Assembly: GCA_044892525.1 (NCBI GenBank)
Contig: CM097887.1
Coordinates: 14,446,001-14,510,000, forward strand
Length of the DNA stretch: 64,000 nt
Source of the DNA: Schmidtea polychroa
Taxonomy: Eukaryota
Direction: 5' to 3'
Below are positions 63,592 through 64,000 of this stretch, in pieces; the stretch's first letter is position 1; the number at the start of each line of letters is the position of its first letter. The notes beneath the pieces were generated by a model. The model had not been told where the DNA came from. It saw nothing but the letters and a program-made list of their open reading frames with translations, and did no database searches. The translations under genes were made by a program, and so were the position numbers.

Positions 63592-63698
63592 TACCTCATC
63601 AATTTCATCTCTATGGTGATGGTTAATTGATCCTAAGATTTGCTTAATTATCAGACTAGAGATATTTTTTTGACAATTATTACACTATTATATAAAGT

Positions 63699-64000
63699 TT
63701 ATGATATATGGTTCGGGCCCGTAATTGGCTTGATCTGCATTTTGAGCTGGGCACGTTAGGCTTTTCCCAGACGCTTTTATTTAGGCACGGCGTTCCGTCG
63801 TTTGGCGATCTCCGTCATCTCGACCACCACAGGTCTGACTCGGTTGATCACAACTCGATCTATGATTGCTTGATTCTCTTAAGTTTCCAGCTGCCGTACT
63901 CGCAATCGAAGTGCTTTCATTTCCACATGATCTTGGGCAGCCTGGAGTTGCCACTGTTGCATCAGATTCATGCGCTTGTTCATTTCTGTAGGGCTGAACC
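63699..64000 (-). pseudogene. EGTWFSP-family copy F8 (5' part outside window; three in-frame stops)
   Basis: FSPTEMNKRMNLMQQWQLQAAQDHVEMKALRLRVRQLET*ENQAIIDRVVINRVRPVVVEM..PK*KRLGK aligns with F1 FSPEAMKKKTAQILQLQTQATQDQMEIRALKVQVRAFETE..LIRPLTVEL..KRKRLGR. Confidence 0.75.

Overview
AT-rich eukaryotic (invertebrate animal) scaffold with several N gaps and mostly very short GT-AG introns (42-50 nt). The taxon cannot be fixed from sequence; a flatworm-like lophotrochozoan is compatible but is inference. Host genes: two endoglycoceramidase-like GH5 genes in inverted orientation (6312-7954 +, 29615-31257 -), an innexin, a CFAP107/C1orf158-like gene, SDHAF2, thioredoxin and a kinase pseudogene. 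Mobile DNA: a TIR-bounded Zator-type element (inside an LTR), piggyBac and pogo elements each disabled by few lesions, a decayed MULE, hAT- and MULE-type MITEs, solo LTRs, gag relics and Penelope GIY-YIG relics. Main finding: a dispersed, unrecognised unit seen 8 times in 64 kb on both strands. It couples an orphan coiled-coil/basic ORF (signature KRIDxxEGTWFSP...RKRK) with a roughly 160-230 nt three-domain structured RNA 100-250 nt downstream of the stop. The RNA helices covary between copies while the loop sequences stay fixed (CC-UUCUA-GG; GAGUAGUCCUAA...CUCACCUG; stem-AGYACCAA-hairpin-G-stem). Several copies have a splice acceptor immediately before the ATG.
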